Shown piece after piece: positions 1 to 11,196 of a stretch of 40,813 bases of DNA. Each line of letters begins with the position of its first letter. Positions within the stretch are counted from its first letter, which is position 1. Position numbers and translations under genes: made by a program. Source of the DNA: Macrostomum lignano (lineage: Eukaryota); the NCBI GenBank assembly GCA_002269645.1, contig NIVC01003662.1, positions 1 to 40,813 of the forward strand. The letters are read 5' to 3'. Under the pieces are notes generated by a model. That model saw only the letters and a program-made list of their open reading frames with translations. It was not told where the DNA came from and made no database searches.

Positions 1-300
1 CACGTGTTCATATGGGCTGAAGACCAAGGTTCATAGGGCTGAAGACTATGGGTTCATTGGCTGAAGACTATGGGTACATTGGGCCTGAGGACCACTGTGT
101 TCATTGCGGGCTGAGGACCAATGGACATTGGGCTGAGGACCACGTGTTCATTGGGCTGAGGACCATGGGTACATTGGGCTGAGGACCACGTGTTCATTGG
201 GCTGAGGACCATGGGTACATTGGGCTGAGGACCACGTGTTCATTGGTGAAGACCAAGTTCATGGTTTGAGGACCATGACTTTCATGAGAACTGAGGACCA
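1..300. repeat. Degenerate 23-nt tandem repeat (CATTGGGCTGAGGACCA-CGTGTT / -TGGGTA), partly alternating as a 46-nt dimer
   Basis: Units read directly; the best-conserved part is about 125-245. The array runs off the left edge of the window. Confidence 0.9.
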
Positions 301-1187
301 ATAATGTGTAGCGTGTGGCGTGTGTCTGGGTGTTTGCATGGTGCTAGTTTGGTTTGCGTGTGTTTATCGAATATCGATTGTTCGTGCCGAAGGCTTCTAA
401 CGTTTCGGCTTTGATAAATCTAAAGACAAAATATGTCAATAAATAAACTTTATCTGACATTTTCCAATATGCGAAATTTCCTCCACTCAATTGGCAGTGA
501 AATTGATAGCGAAGCTGCTATTCTAGTATGATGCTCGAATTTGACGAAGCAATTGCTTCTCTTTCGACACCTAGATTTCGCCTCGAATAGTAAATTAATT
601 TCACAAAAATATCAAAGCAGTCACGAACCTATAGAGTAAACACCTGAGCCATTTTTTACACAGACATGTATAATGCATGACACCTGAGGTATAGGCCGTG
701 GGATATTTCGAATCTCTTTTAGGTTATTATTGTCATCTGGATCGGTATCTGCCAGTCAAGGTCAACTGATTATAGCTTTTAGCCTGTAGTCAGTTCTGCA
801 AAGCCTGTTAGACAGTCTGTAGAGATCTCTAAAAACATAGTATAAGCAGACTACTTAGAAGTGGAAAGATAAAATATTTAAGACAAATTTTACATGCTTG
901 GGTTCATACTCAATTTTTAATAGTAATCACGAAAACAGTAAATGTCTATTCCACTATGCGAAAAACCGGTTCTCAACATCTAATTTTAGAACTTCCAAAT
1001 ATGGTAAATGTTGACCTGAATGCTCTTTGCCGCCTCTCCTTTGGATATCAATTACCGGAGGAGGGGCACAGAGGAAGCATTCATGCCTTCAAAAGGAGTA
1101 CAGGGTGGAGCGCCCATAGTCATGCGTCAGGCTCTGCCCTGGATTTTGTAGAGATTACCGAAATTCCAAAATGCCGAAAGTGCTAGA

Positions 1188-2800
1188 TGACCGCTAGCCC
1201 ACACGAGGCTGGCTAACAGATTGAGGTGCGCATAATGGCAGTGAAATCCACCACAGTTTTCTGGGGTGAGCCTAGGTGGTTCCTACGGCGCGCCTGATCT
1301 GAGCCAGGACAGCCAGGGCTTTTTGGCTTTGGTTTGGATGTGCGGAGTCCAGTTAAGCCTGTGGTCCAGAGTGAGGCCCAGCCGCGGACGTGCTTCTCCA
1401 TGGAAATATCCTTTCCATAGAGGGCGAGGGGCTTAATGGTCCAGAGCAGTTTGTTGGTAAACATGACCGCTGTGGTTTTCGACTCTGAGAGTCTAAGGCC
1501 ACATTGGTTTGCCCAAACGCTCCGCTCGTCCCAGAAAGCCCTCAGAAGATCTCTGAGGTATCAAAACGAGGACCCTCGCATATGGTGGTCACATTATAGG
1601 CAAGCCCACCTTGAGAATGGTGTCATGGAGATCACTGCAAAGCAACTCATCCATGCGTCCTTTCTGGACAGGCGCCGTTAGAGAGCTGCTGTTCAGGTGG
1701 ACCACGACAGTGCGGTTCCGGATCATGAACATGATCCACCGGACAAGGGGAGGGTGCGTGGCCCTGGAGTCCAGGGCTCTGCAAAAGGCCTCGAAGATGA
1801 CATTGTCAAAGGCCCCCTCAATCTCCAGGAAAAGCGAGAGGGCAAAGCCGCTGCCAAGAACGGCCCTCTTCAGGAAGTCAACGATGACATGGAGGGCACT
1901 CTCAGTGGACCTGCCCGCGCGGAAGGCGTGCTGGTTCTGCGAGAGTGGGAAGCGCTTTAGCTCGATTGAAAGTAAGCGCCAAAGCACCAGTCTTTCGAGG
2001 AGCTTAAGGCAGAAGGAGGTAAGGCTGATAGGCCTGAATGCCTTCACCTATTCGTAGTCGCAATATCCAGGCTTGGGGATAAAGACCACCCGGGCCTCTC
2101 TCCATGCAACTGGTACATAGCCCAGCTCCACACAAGCTCGGAGGAGACGACAGAGCAGGTCCAGGAAGCGGTGGTTTTTCACTGCCTCGTGCAAGAACGC
2201 TTAGTAGATGCCATCGGGCCCAGGCGCCTTGAACGGGTTGAAGGACCTTGCCGCTCTAATAATGCGGTCTTTGGTGATCATAGACTTTGCTTGGCCTTGC
2301 CCTCCCACGGTGTGGTCAGGCGGCCCTGCTGAGTCGGAGATTTAGGGAAGAAACTGTTGAGCATGAGCTCTAGAGTCTCTTCAGAGCTCTCTGTGACCGA
2401 GCCATCAGGTCTCTTATCAACAGAGAGTTTAGAAAAACGGTCGTTCGTGAGTGCCTTTACCACGTGGGCTACGGGGCGAGAGCCCTCAAGCCCTTCGCAA
2501 TATTGGCGTCACTTGGCCGCCTTGGCCCTTCTGACTTGGCCCTTAAACTCGTGGATAGCACGGGTATAGGCCTCTCTATCAGATGGGTCTTTGGTTTTGA
2601 ACGCTCGTCTTTGGAGGGTCCTGGCTCGGCGCCGAAGGCTCTGGGTTTCACCAGGGAGCAGATTTCTTGCCTTTGAAGGCCTTAAGAGGGCAGGCTGCCT
2701 CATAGGCAGTGGTGATCGCCCCGTCCAGGGGGGAGGCGTGATCATCCACAACCCGGCAGTCAGAGAGGTCACTGGGGACTGCTAGATCGGAACCCAACCA
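1188..2800 (-). mobile_element. Decayed non-LTR retrotransposon fragment (LOA/Lian-like RT, R1/LOA group)
   Basis: ORF 1589-2047 reads KAFRPISLTSFCLKLLERL...QHAFRAGRSTESALH...FLEIEGAFDNV. It is flanked by 'RPDGSVTESSEETLELMLNSFFP' and by frameshifted MFTNK..WTIKPL and LWWIFTAIMR segments. Multiple stops and frameshifts. Confidence 0.88.
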
Positions 2801-2835
2801 TTCGATGGATGGAGTTGCCCTAGCTCCAGAGGCTT

Positions 2836-2963
2836 ATTCTCTGGCGGCTGCTTTCATGCGAGCTGACAGCAATGCCCCTCAGCAATAATCAGCACGCCTT
2901 CCGTACCGAGAGAACGACTGACAGCGCCCTGCATGCGATAGTCGAGAAGATTGAACGGGCGGT
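2836..2963 (+). mobile_element. 5' part of a second LOA-like RT fragment (continues at 5815)
   Basis: Translates ...LSNNQHAFRTERTTDSALHAIVEKIERAV and joins in frame to (V)LGDGYALALFLDI at 5815 once the insertion is removed. Confidence 0.85.
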
Positions 2964-4212
2964 CCCGGTGTAAAAAGTAGGGTCAAGCGGACGTCTTTCG
3001 GACCCCGACGGGTCCTCATTGGGGTTGCGTCTGCTTTGAGAAAAAAATGTCTAGTTTTTACATTAAATCACTCTAAAGGGCCATATTTCAGTTACTTCAT
3101 GGCTAAAAAGTTTGTCACTTTGTACTTATGTGGGTCCGTTATTCGTCCCCAATGGTCCGTTTAGATCCGATCGACTCCTAAAAAATGCAAGTTTTTTCTA
3201 ACGCCGTATAAATGTCCCTTTTGCTGTGATTTCGGTTAGTTTTGGGTTTATTTTCAAGTATTCACCTTTGTGTACTGACAACTAGCACTTTTTGACAGTC
3301 CGATTTAAAAAGATACGTCAGATGAAAAATGACCCTTGTCATTCTCCAGTTGCATAATTTACTACTTGTGATAGTAGAAAAGTTGGCGAAGTTTCTTTTC
3401 AAACTTTTCAAACTTTTCAAACTTTAGTCTTTTGTGTTTTGGGGCTTCTAGATTGCAGTCGCTTGACATTAGCCTTTCAGTTGAAAACAAATTAATCTTT
3501 TGTGTGAATGTTATATTTTCGTTTTTCATAGACTAATTTTTACGCTATCTTTTAAAGCTACATTTTGGTTGGGGTGTCGCGTAAAATACGTATCAACAGT
3601 AAGTCTGATCATGCCTTACTACTTTCGACAGTAGGGTTCACCAGAAAGGACTATACCCTGAGTGATAACTGCTTTTTATTAAAAATACCAAATTACCTGG
3701 TTATTAATTGCGTACAATCACTTTGATTATATAAATATTTTGCAGTGCCAGAGCTTTTGAATTTGGAAAAGAAGTTGGTCAAATTTTCAGTGCGCACCTT
3801 ATCCGTGTGAATAAGAGTTTAGCAACGTTGGGCGTGGGTGGGTTAAAACTCAAGAATTTCGGGAAAACAGAAAGTGAATGAGCTCAATGTAGCACTGAGC
3901 CGCCGAAGGGCTGGCGCCAGATTTTGGTGGACCAGGGCCCCGAAGCCCTAACTAAGATCAGTAGCGCAACGAGAAATTTTTAGGGGGGGGATTCTGGAGG
4001 GTAAAGCCCGGGAGGAAGCGGAGGGGTGTCAGGGTTGCTTTCACAAGGTCGAAATTTCATATCCTCGAAAATACATATCTCACATAGCACCCTATCCTTT
4101 CTTATCTCCCATTATCTTCTTATTTTTACCATCTCTTATCTCCTCGCTTCTCTCGTTTCTCTCCTCTCCATTTTCTCTACTCTCAGCTCCTTTCCTAGAG
4201 AAATTTCATATA

Positions 4213-4600
4213 TTGTTTGGGAGCCTGCTGTTTGGGAGGGGACCGCTTGCTGTTTGGGAGGGGACCGCTTGCTGTTTGGGAGGGGACCGCTTGCTGTTTG
4301 GGAGGGACCGCTTGCTGTTTGGGAGGGAACCGCTTGCTGTTTGGGAGGGGACCGCTTGCTGTTTGGGAGCCTGCTGTTTGGGAGCCTGCTGTTTGGGAGG
4401 GGACCGCTTGCTGTTTGGGAGCCTGCTGTTTGGGAGGGGACCGCTTGCTGTTTGGGAGCTTGCTGTTTGGGACCCTGCTGTTTGGGAGGGGACCGCTTGC
4501 TGTTTGGGAGCTTGCTGTTTGGGACCCTGCTGTTTGGGAGGGGACCGCTTGCTGTTTGGGAGCTTGCTGTTTGGGAGGGGACCGCTTGCTGTTTGGGAAC
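4213..4600. repeat. G-rich minisatellite, 22-nt unit GCTGTTTGGGAGGGGACCGCTT mixed with 15-nt GCTGTTTGGGAGCCT units
   Basis: Read directly; it explains the three overlapping repetitive ORFs at 4026-4621. Confidence 0.95.
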
Positions 4601-5020
4601 TTAGAAAGAATTAGAAATTAAAGAATACGTAAAATACGCATTTAGAGAGATTTAGAGTTATATAGCGACAGGTACAGGGAGGCAGATAAACATGTTCCAG
4701 GTCCTCTCTAACCCTGTGTGCAACCCACCCAAACCTACATTTACAGAGGACGACCCTCTGAGCGCGATGTAGAAGTCGCCGTTATTCAGGTGCTGAAACA
4801 CGCTGCCGAGAGGGAGGCCGCACGCCAACGTAGAAAATCCCTACGTGAAGAGCACCACGAAATGCCAGGAGACACCAGCGAGGCGCAGCAAGGGATGAGA
4901 AAGCGGGCCAGAATTGACTCTGATTGAGATGTCGAGGAGTAACTGTTTATTTCTTTTCACCACAAAAACATTAATTTTCTGGATACGCACCAGAATATCC
5001 TATGTATTAAAATTCAGATA

Positions 5021-5345
5021 GAGATAATTAGGATTCAGGTAAGAGATAATTAGGATTTAGGTAAGAGATAATTAGGATTTAGGTAATAGATTAGGATTCA
5101 GATAAGAGATTAGAATTCAGGTAAGAAATTAGGATTCAGGTAAGAGATAATTAGGATTCAGGTTAGAGATTAGGATTCAGGTAAGAGATAATTAGGATTT
5201 AGGTAATAGATTAGGATTCAGATAAGAGATTAGAATTCAGGTAAGAGATTAGAATTCAGGTAAGAGATTAGGATTCAGGTAAGAGATAATTGGGGTTCAG
5301 ATAAGAGATAATTAGAATTTAGATAAGAGGTTATTAGGATTTAGG
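5021..5345. repeat. Minisatellite, 22/19-nt units GAGAT(AAT)TAGGATTCAGGTAA
   Basis: Read directly; lies inside the CACTA-like element. Confidence 0.92.
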
Positions 5346-5814
5346 TATTAGATCAATAGAATTCGGGTATTTGATAATTAGGACTATTTCGGCCACTGCT
5401 GCCAAACCTGCTGCTCAACGACCCTGCCCCGTTCTGCTAATGTTGCGCTAAGTGATGTTATATATTTCATACTTTCTATTTTACCCGTAAACTATATGTA
5501 ACTACGTAAACAGGAAATAAATGATAACTAAAATGCATTTTTCATTTCGCTCTTCAAAGTCTTCGTATACGTGATATAACTTTAACAAACTGAAACACTG
5601 CACGCAATGCAACCTACTGAAAGTAGTGTGTAAATACTGGGGTCGAATAAAAGATTGCAAGTAGGAGTCATGAGGACCCCTACTGAACAGGGTCCGGTCT
5701 GCGTCTGAATCAGTCCTACATCAGCGTCTGGCGGACTCGATTTCAGTAGGACATAAGCACCCTACCCAGACGGCCCAAAACTGACGCCCGATGGACGGCT
5801 TTTTTTACACCGGG

Positions 5815-7030
5815 GTACTGGGTGACGGTTACGCCCTGGCTCTTTTTCTCGACATTGTTGGCGCCTTCGACAACGTTATCTTTGAAGCGTTTCAGAGGAC
5901 CCTTCAAAACCACAAAGCTCACGCTACCCTCATACGGTGGATCATGTACATGATCTCTAACCGTACGGTCACTGCCCAACTTCTCGGGCAAACTACCTCC
6001 GCCAGAGTCTGTAAGGGTGGACCCCAAGGCGGAGTCCTCAGCCCGACGCTCTGGAATCTGGTCATGGACGCTCTTCTGGGTGACTCCCGACCTGATCCCG
6101 TTTTCAAAGTCGGGTATGCTGACGACGTCACTGCCATTGTGGCAGGGCCGTCCCCCAGCACGCTCAGGGATCTGATGCAGAGCTTTATCCGCAAAGCAGA
6201 ATCCTGGGCCAATGACAACGATCTGGAACTCTCTGAGCCCAAAACCGTTGCCATTATGTTCACCAGCAGAATACGCTGAAACATACGACCTCTGCAGTTA
6301 TAAGGCAGAGATATTGCCTTCGCGCACCAGACCAGATGTCTCGGGGTCATAATTGACCACCGGCTCAACTGGTCCTTTCACGTGAAAGCAAAAGCCAAGC
6401 GTGCCTCAACCATCCTGGCCCAGCTCCGACGAGCACTTGGCACCTCTTGGGGTCTATCCCCAAAGCGACTTTGGTGGATCTACAATTCCGTAGTTAGACC
6501 TGCCATTACGTACGCCTCGGTTGTCTGGGTTAGCGCTACCCAGGTCAAAAGTCATGCAGATTTGCTCAACGCAATCCAGGGCAGAGCGTGTAGGCTTATC
6601 TGCAACGCCACCAGGTCCACGCCCTTTGCCGGCATGGGGGCCTTCCTTAATCTACCGCCTCTCGACCTCTTCGTCAGGGGTGAGGCGGCTAGAACGACGC
6701 GGCGTTTACTTGATGCCGGTGTCAAATTCCTTTGCATGAGGGCACCTGCTAAGCGGAACCTCGTCCCGCATAGCGACCTGTGCCTCAACATTCTTAACGA
6801 GTGTCAGGCCAATCGCGTCTTCACCGATGGCATTGCCTCAACGCTCAACATATTGCTAAAAACTTTGCTTTCCTGACCCTCAACCGCAGTGGCTGACTCT
6901 GGACATATTCGTCACAGCTGGCTGGTCCCTGCCATCCTGCGATTCTGCCAGAAAGTCGGATTTTAGCCATAAGCGATAGTGTATTCAGTACACCCCTGTA
7001 CGCCAATTAGCACTGCGCCTTAGTGCAGCC
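5815..7030 (+). mobile_element. Remainder of the second LOA-like LINE (RT core to 3' region), inactivated
   Basis: Motifs FLDIVGAFDNV, GGPQGGVLSPTLWNLVM, GYADDV and WGLSPKRLWWIYNSVVRPAITYASVVW. Premature stops at about 6279 and 6300. The 3' boundary is approximate. Confidence 0.9.
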
Positions 7031-7960
7031 TTTTCAAGCCTCCAAATTTCATCAGCACGTCGATCACACGCGGCTGCATCAGCTCTGACTTCTTTAGTCA
7101 CTGGCCTTCATCCAGGCGGAGCTTCTGAACCTTCAACAGGTGGCACCAGGTGAGTTTGAGAAGTTGCACAACAAAAAGTTAGCCCGTGCTCTTGAATTTC
7201 GTGTGCCTGCGTTGATCCGTTCAAGCGCATTAAAAAATTGTCAGAGGGGGGGTAAATTCCCCCCTTGGTAGTTCTACTGATAATAGTAGCAAGTAGAGTG
7301 TAGTCTCATTAAATTTTAATTCAGTTTTAGCTAAGCAACGACCAAACAATTTTCGCAGAGTACTTCAAGCGAGTTGCCTTGCTGTAAAGCTGTTTACAAA
7401 CCAAATACTTCGTGGTGATCGGCAAGAAAAATCATCCAATAATCGACGAGATAAACAAAATCAACCTGCTGTCACTGAATAATCGAGGCAAGTCGTTGCT
7501 ATGGATACAACAGAATGCATCTTAGGACAGGATGCATATTTAGAACAAATTACTTGAATCGACTTCAAATGTATCACTGCAAAGTAATTTTTTATCAAAC
7601 TTTGGTAATCACGATTTATAGTACCGCATAAACAGCCTACTTGAGTCAACAAATATACTCTGAAGCTTTTAAGCCGTTTATATGCGAGAGGAAACATATT
7701 TCGAGGTAAAATAACAAAACAGAATAAATTACAATGTCATATAGTTAATTACACAACCGACTCTAAAAATGATAGAGCCAAGTCAATTAGACATGAAAGC
7801 TCGTTGAAAAATACGCACGAAACTAATAAAAAGATTATTTACATTAATTAATTTCCAAGGCAAACGCACTGTCAGGACAAATCAACCTACGAGTAATCAA
7901 ACACAGACGCAAATGATCCATCAATTTATGAGTTAGCCAATAGCACTAAATGGGATGGCG

Positions 7961-8006
7961 ATTCAATTATTCAATTATTCAATTATTCAATTATTCAATT
8001 ACTCAA
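7961..8006. repeat. (ATTCAATT)n 8-nt repeat about 200 bp upstream of receptor gene 1
   Basis: Five to six units read directly. Confidence 0.9.
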
Positions 8007-8212
8007 ACGGGTATTTGCTATGCCCCGATAGCAAATAACCACGATTGCTTCCCATGAACACTGCTTAGTTTGGACTATATGCAATCATAAAACGCATACC
8101 GGATGCAATATTGTCTGCTTCTATGCATCCATGTAGCATCCAGAGATTACATATACCGGCATCGAAGCAGTGTATTAGTCGAATTAGAGGCATCTAAGTC
8201 GAATCTTTCGCG

Positions 8213-9541
8213 ATGGCTGTCGAAGGGATGAAGTTGCTTGCAATATTGCTTCTGTTCTGTTCGATCCTGGCAAAGGAATGCCTCGCCAAGCGGAGAGACT
8301 ATCAAGCCGAGCTGTTCAAATACTTGAAGAACAACATTACTGACTACAGTCCGAAACTGCGACCTACGCTCGACCCAGACCAGGAGGTAGAAGTACACGT
8401 CATCGCCTCACCAGGAATGATTGTATCCGTGGACAGTGCCAAGCAGAGCATGACAATAGCTGGTATGTTTTTTGCCAGCTGGTACGAGGAGCGACTGGTC
8501 TGGGACCCCCGGCTTTTCGGAAATGTCACCGCGATGGACTGGGACGGCAACCAGCTCTGGTTCCCGGTCATATTTGTCTACAACGGCATGGGAGACAATC
8601 AACTACTCAGTCCTCAGTTTCCGCCGTACATCACTTCCGTGCAGTCCAATTTGTCTGTGGTATCGACAACCTGGAGACAGGAGTGGGAGTTCTCTTGCGA
8701 GTTTAATATGACCCGCTTCCCTCTGGACCGTCACATCTGCGACATGGAGCTGTTCATGAATTCCCGCGAATCGGACAAAATCGTCCTAAGAAAAGGCTTA
8801 TTATTGGCAAACTCATCCTTTGAATACAACGAAGGCGTGGCTTTTGCTCGTAACAGCGAATGGCGGGTGCTGAACCTCAGCACATTCATACGGTACAACG
8901 ACTTCAAAATGTTCAAAAATCTGCCGCCAGTGAAAATGCCGAACTTCGTGATGCGACTGGAGATTGAGCGAGTGTCCACTTACTACATGCTCAACGTGGT
9001 GACTCCCCTAATGCTGCTCACGCTGCTCCAGGTGCTCGTCTTCTTCGTGCCCGTCGAGTCTGGAGAGAAGCTGGGCTTCGGCATCACCATCATGCTGAGC
9101 TACACGGTGTTCCTGCTGCTGCTGGACGGCCTGCTGCCCAAGTCGCAGTCGATGCCGGCCGTGGCGTCGTTCATCACGGCGGCCATGGTGCTGTCGACGT
9201 CGTCTCTGCTGCTGACGTCGGTGTCGATTCGGTTCCACTTCGCTGCGGAGTCTCAGCCGATGCCGTCGTGTCTCCGGGTCGTGTTCGTGAGCTGCCTGGG
9301 CCGCGTGATGCTGTGCGGTGAGCGGCGAGGCGGCAGCAGGACGGCACCGGAGGGAGACCTCGATGATTCTGCTGTGAACAAACCGAGCCGTGACGATGTG
9401 AGGACCGGAGAGACGTCCGGAGAGCCGAGGCGCTCGGAGTGGCAGGTCGCAGAGGTCGCCGTGGAGCGGCTGCTGATCCTCCTAGGCTGTCCGGTCACTT
9501 TGGCCATCACGTTTTGTTTCCTTATTTTTCCGTTTCTTTGA
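8213..9541 (+). CDS. Atypical nicotinic-type Cys-loop ligand-gated cation channel subunit (gene 1), intronless, 442 aa
   Basis: Signal peptide, Cys-loop CEFNMTRFPLDRHIC (C-x13-C), M2 SGEKLGFGITIMLSYTVFLLLL, and EWQVAEVAVERL before M4. No loop-C CC. An alternative ATG lies at 8228. Confidence 0.95.
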   Translation: MAVEGMKLLAILLLFCSILAKECLAKRRDYQAELFKYLKNNITDYSPKLRPTLDPDQEVEVHVIASPGMIVSVDSAKQSMTIAGMFFASWYEERLVWDPRLFGNVTAMDWDGNQLWFPVIFVYNGMGDNQLLSPQFPPYITSVQSNLSVVSTTWRQEWEFSCEFNMTRFPLDRHICDMELFMNSRESDKIVLRKGLLLANSSFEYNEGVAFARNSEWRVLNLSTFIRYNDFKMFKNLPPVKMPNFVMRLEIERVSTYYMLNVVTPLMLLTLLQVLVFFVPVESGEKLGFGITIMLSYTVFLLLLDGLLPKSQSMPAVASFITAAMVLSTSSLLLTSVSIRFHFAAESQPMPSCLRVVFVSCLGRVMLCGERRGGSRTAPEGDLDDSAVNKPSRDDVRTGETSGEPRRSEWQVAEVAVERLLILLGCPVTLAITFCFLIFPFL

Positions 9542-10009
9542 AAAAACATTCGGTGGCACCTTCACGGAGATGGGTTTTCTGATGGGTTAAAAATTCTCGT
9601 GTCTGACGAGAGTTTCGATATCTAAGCACCAAATTAACTTTGAAGATGATACGAAAACATTTTAATAGTATAATAAAGTCGGTTACTAATATATAGTTGC
9701 ACTGAGTGAGGTGAAGAGTAAGTATCACGCTTCGACGTCACTAGTAAATTTTTTGGCGAACTGAATGTATACATGTATACGGACACTGTACTAAAAAATT
9801 ATGATTGCTCTTTTCTAGGCCAAGTTTTCATATGGTAAGACCCTCTTGGCACAGCGCAAAAAGCTTAAAAAGATCAGAATAAACAACTTTTCTATGCATT
9901 GCCGCTATCCAATAAGATTCTTTTAAGTTTTCGATTAAAGCTTGTCAAAAAACGCATGCTTGCTTCAGGTGTTATTTATAATATAAAGTAGTACAATCAT
10001 ATAATGATA

Positions 10010-10288
10010 GATAAAACCTGCCCTAATGGGCAGATTTGCAACCGACAGCTCAGCCGCAGCTATTGCGTGTCGCATCTGAAGGCTGCGTACGGCTGTTCAG
10101 TCCGAGGACTGGGGGGGGGGGTTCATACACACCCTCAATTACCCCCAGCTAATGCTGGCACCCATTTTACAGCTGGGTGAACTGAAGCGTGTCAGTGTCT
10201 TGCTCGAGGACACAAATTGTTCCAAGAGGGTCGAGAATCGAACCCCAGACCTTTCAGTCGTGAGTCCGACGCTCTGACCACTAGGCTA
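10010..10288 (-). mobile_element. tRNA-derived SINE with CORE/Meta-like central domain
   Basis: The minus strand shows A box TAGCCTAGTGG, B box GGTTCGATTCT, then GTGTCCTCGAGCAAGACACT...CACCCAGCTGTAAAATGGGT, which resembles conserved SINE central domains. The 3' boundary is approximate. Confidence 0.75.
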
Positions 10289-11196
10289 GATTTAACTACA
10301 TCCAATAATAAGACAGTTCAGATGACGCAAGTGCAGGAAGGTTCCGTGGGAATCGGCCAGAATTGCAAGTCTGAAAACGGCGCAGTATTATTTGATGCAA
10401 ACATTTTGAAGGGACTGCGTGCGGAAAACTTATTATAAATCACGCATGGGTTTCATCATATATTCTTTACCTTTTCATCCATATACATGTGAAAAATACT
10501 TGCTTGCTGTTATTTATTTTAAGTTACGCGTCCTAAAGCGCGTCTGCTGCCCCTTGAGGATCAAGGGAAAGACTGAGCACTACCGTGACTTATTGATATG
10601 TAATGTTTAAGGGTCTTTGACCTTAACTATGTATATAAGCTAGGACACAATGGATCAATGGTACAAGCTAAAATTAAATTGGGCATTAGTTATTATTATA
10701 CGCTATCGTATCTCAGATGAATCACATGTAAGTTCTTAGTTTGCGGCCGATTAGAAACTTATAGCTGCATTTAGTCATTCTACATTAGATGTCCACACGC
10801 TCCTCGAGCGAGCTTTATCCAGAGGCAAATATCAGCAGAGGAGCTGCGTAGAATCCGCAAATATCAGTCATACCTGGCAAAGTCAATTTAGAAAATGAAT
10901 CGCAAATAATACTAATTTTCTGATGAGACGAAAGTCACACAATGAGATATACCTGGCTCAGTGCTGCATCAGATTAATTACGAGATACTCAGTGACTGCA
11001 ATTCACAGATGCTCGTAGCAACTAAATAGGCAGACTATGCAAACTTCAGAATTTGATAGCCTACTGCAGTGTCAACATGTAAAACGCATTTACGCTTGTA
11101 TAGCTTAAAGGCTCGGGTTCAACAGGATCTGGGGATTTTATTGTCCAAGCTTAGCACGCTGCTCATCATTGAGACGGCTAACTCAACTACATCCAC

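Larger units (their letters stand above)
2964..5814. mobile_element. Non-autonomous CACTA/EnSpm-like (CCC-terminal) DNA transposon, 2851 bp
   Basis: Perfect 13-bp TIRs CCCGGTGTAAAAA (2964-2976; 5802-5814) and a 2-bp TSD GT (2962-2963; 5815-5816). Excision restores the RT frame. CCC termini with a 2-bp TSD are the known animal/fungal CACTA pattern. No transposase ORF seen. Confidence 0.78.

Noticed and set aside
1188-2963. Twin-priming inversion of a single LINE
   Set aside because: The two opposed fragments cover the same RT segment with clearly different sequences (RAGRSTESALH vs RTERTTDSALH), so they are separate insertions.
4026-4621. Three overlapping Gly/Leu/Cys-rich ORFs
   Set aside because: They are products of the 22/15-nt minisatellite and show no coding signature.
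9008-9238. Recurrent antisense Arg/Gln-rich ORF (MEPNRHRRQQQRRRR...) opposite every TM cassette
   Set aside because: It is an expected shadow of GC-rich Leu/Val/Ser codons (CTG, GTG, TCG). It recurs only because the cassette is duplicated, and its start and stop positions are inconsistent.
10215-10288. tRNA gene
   Set aside because: A and B boxes are present, but the acceptor stem does not close and the sequence runs into a SINE core domain.
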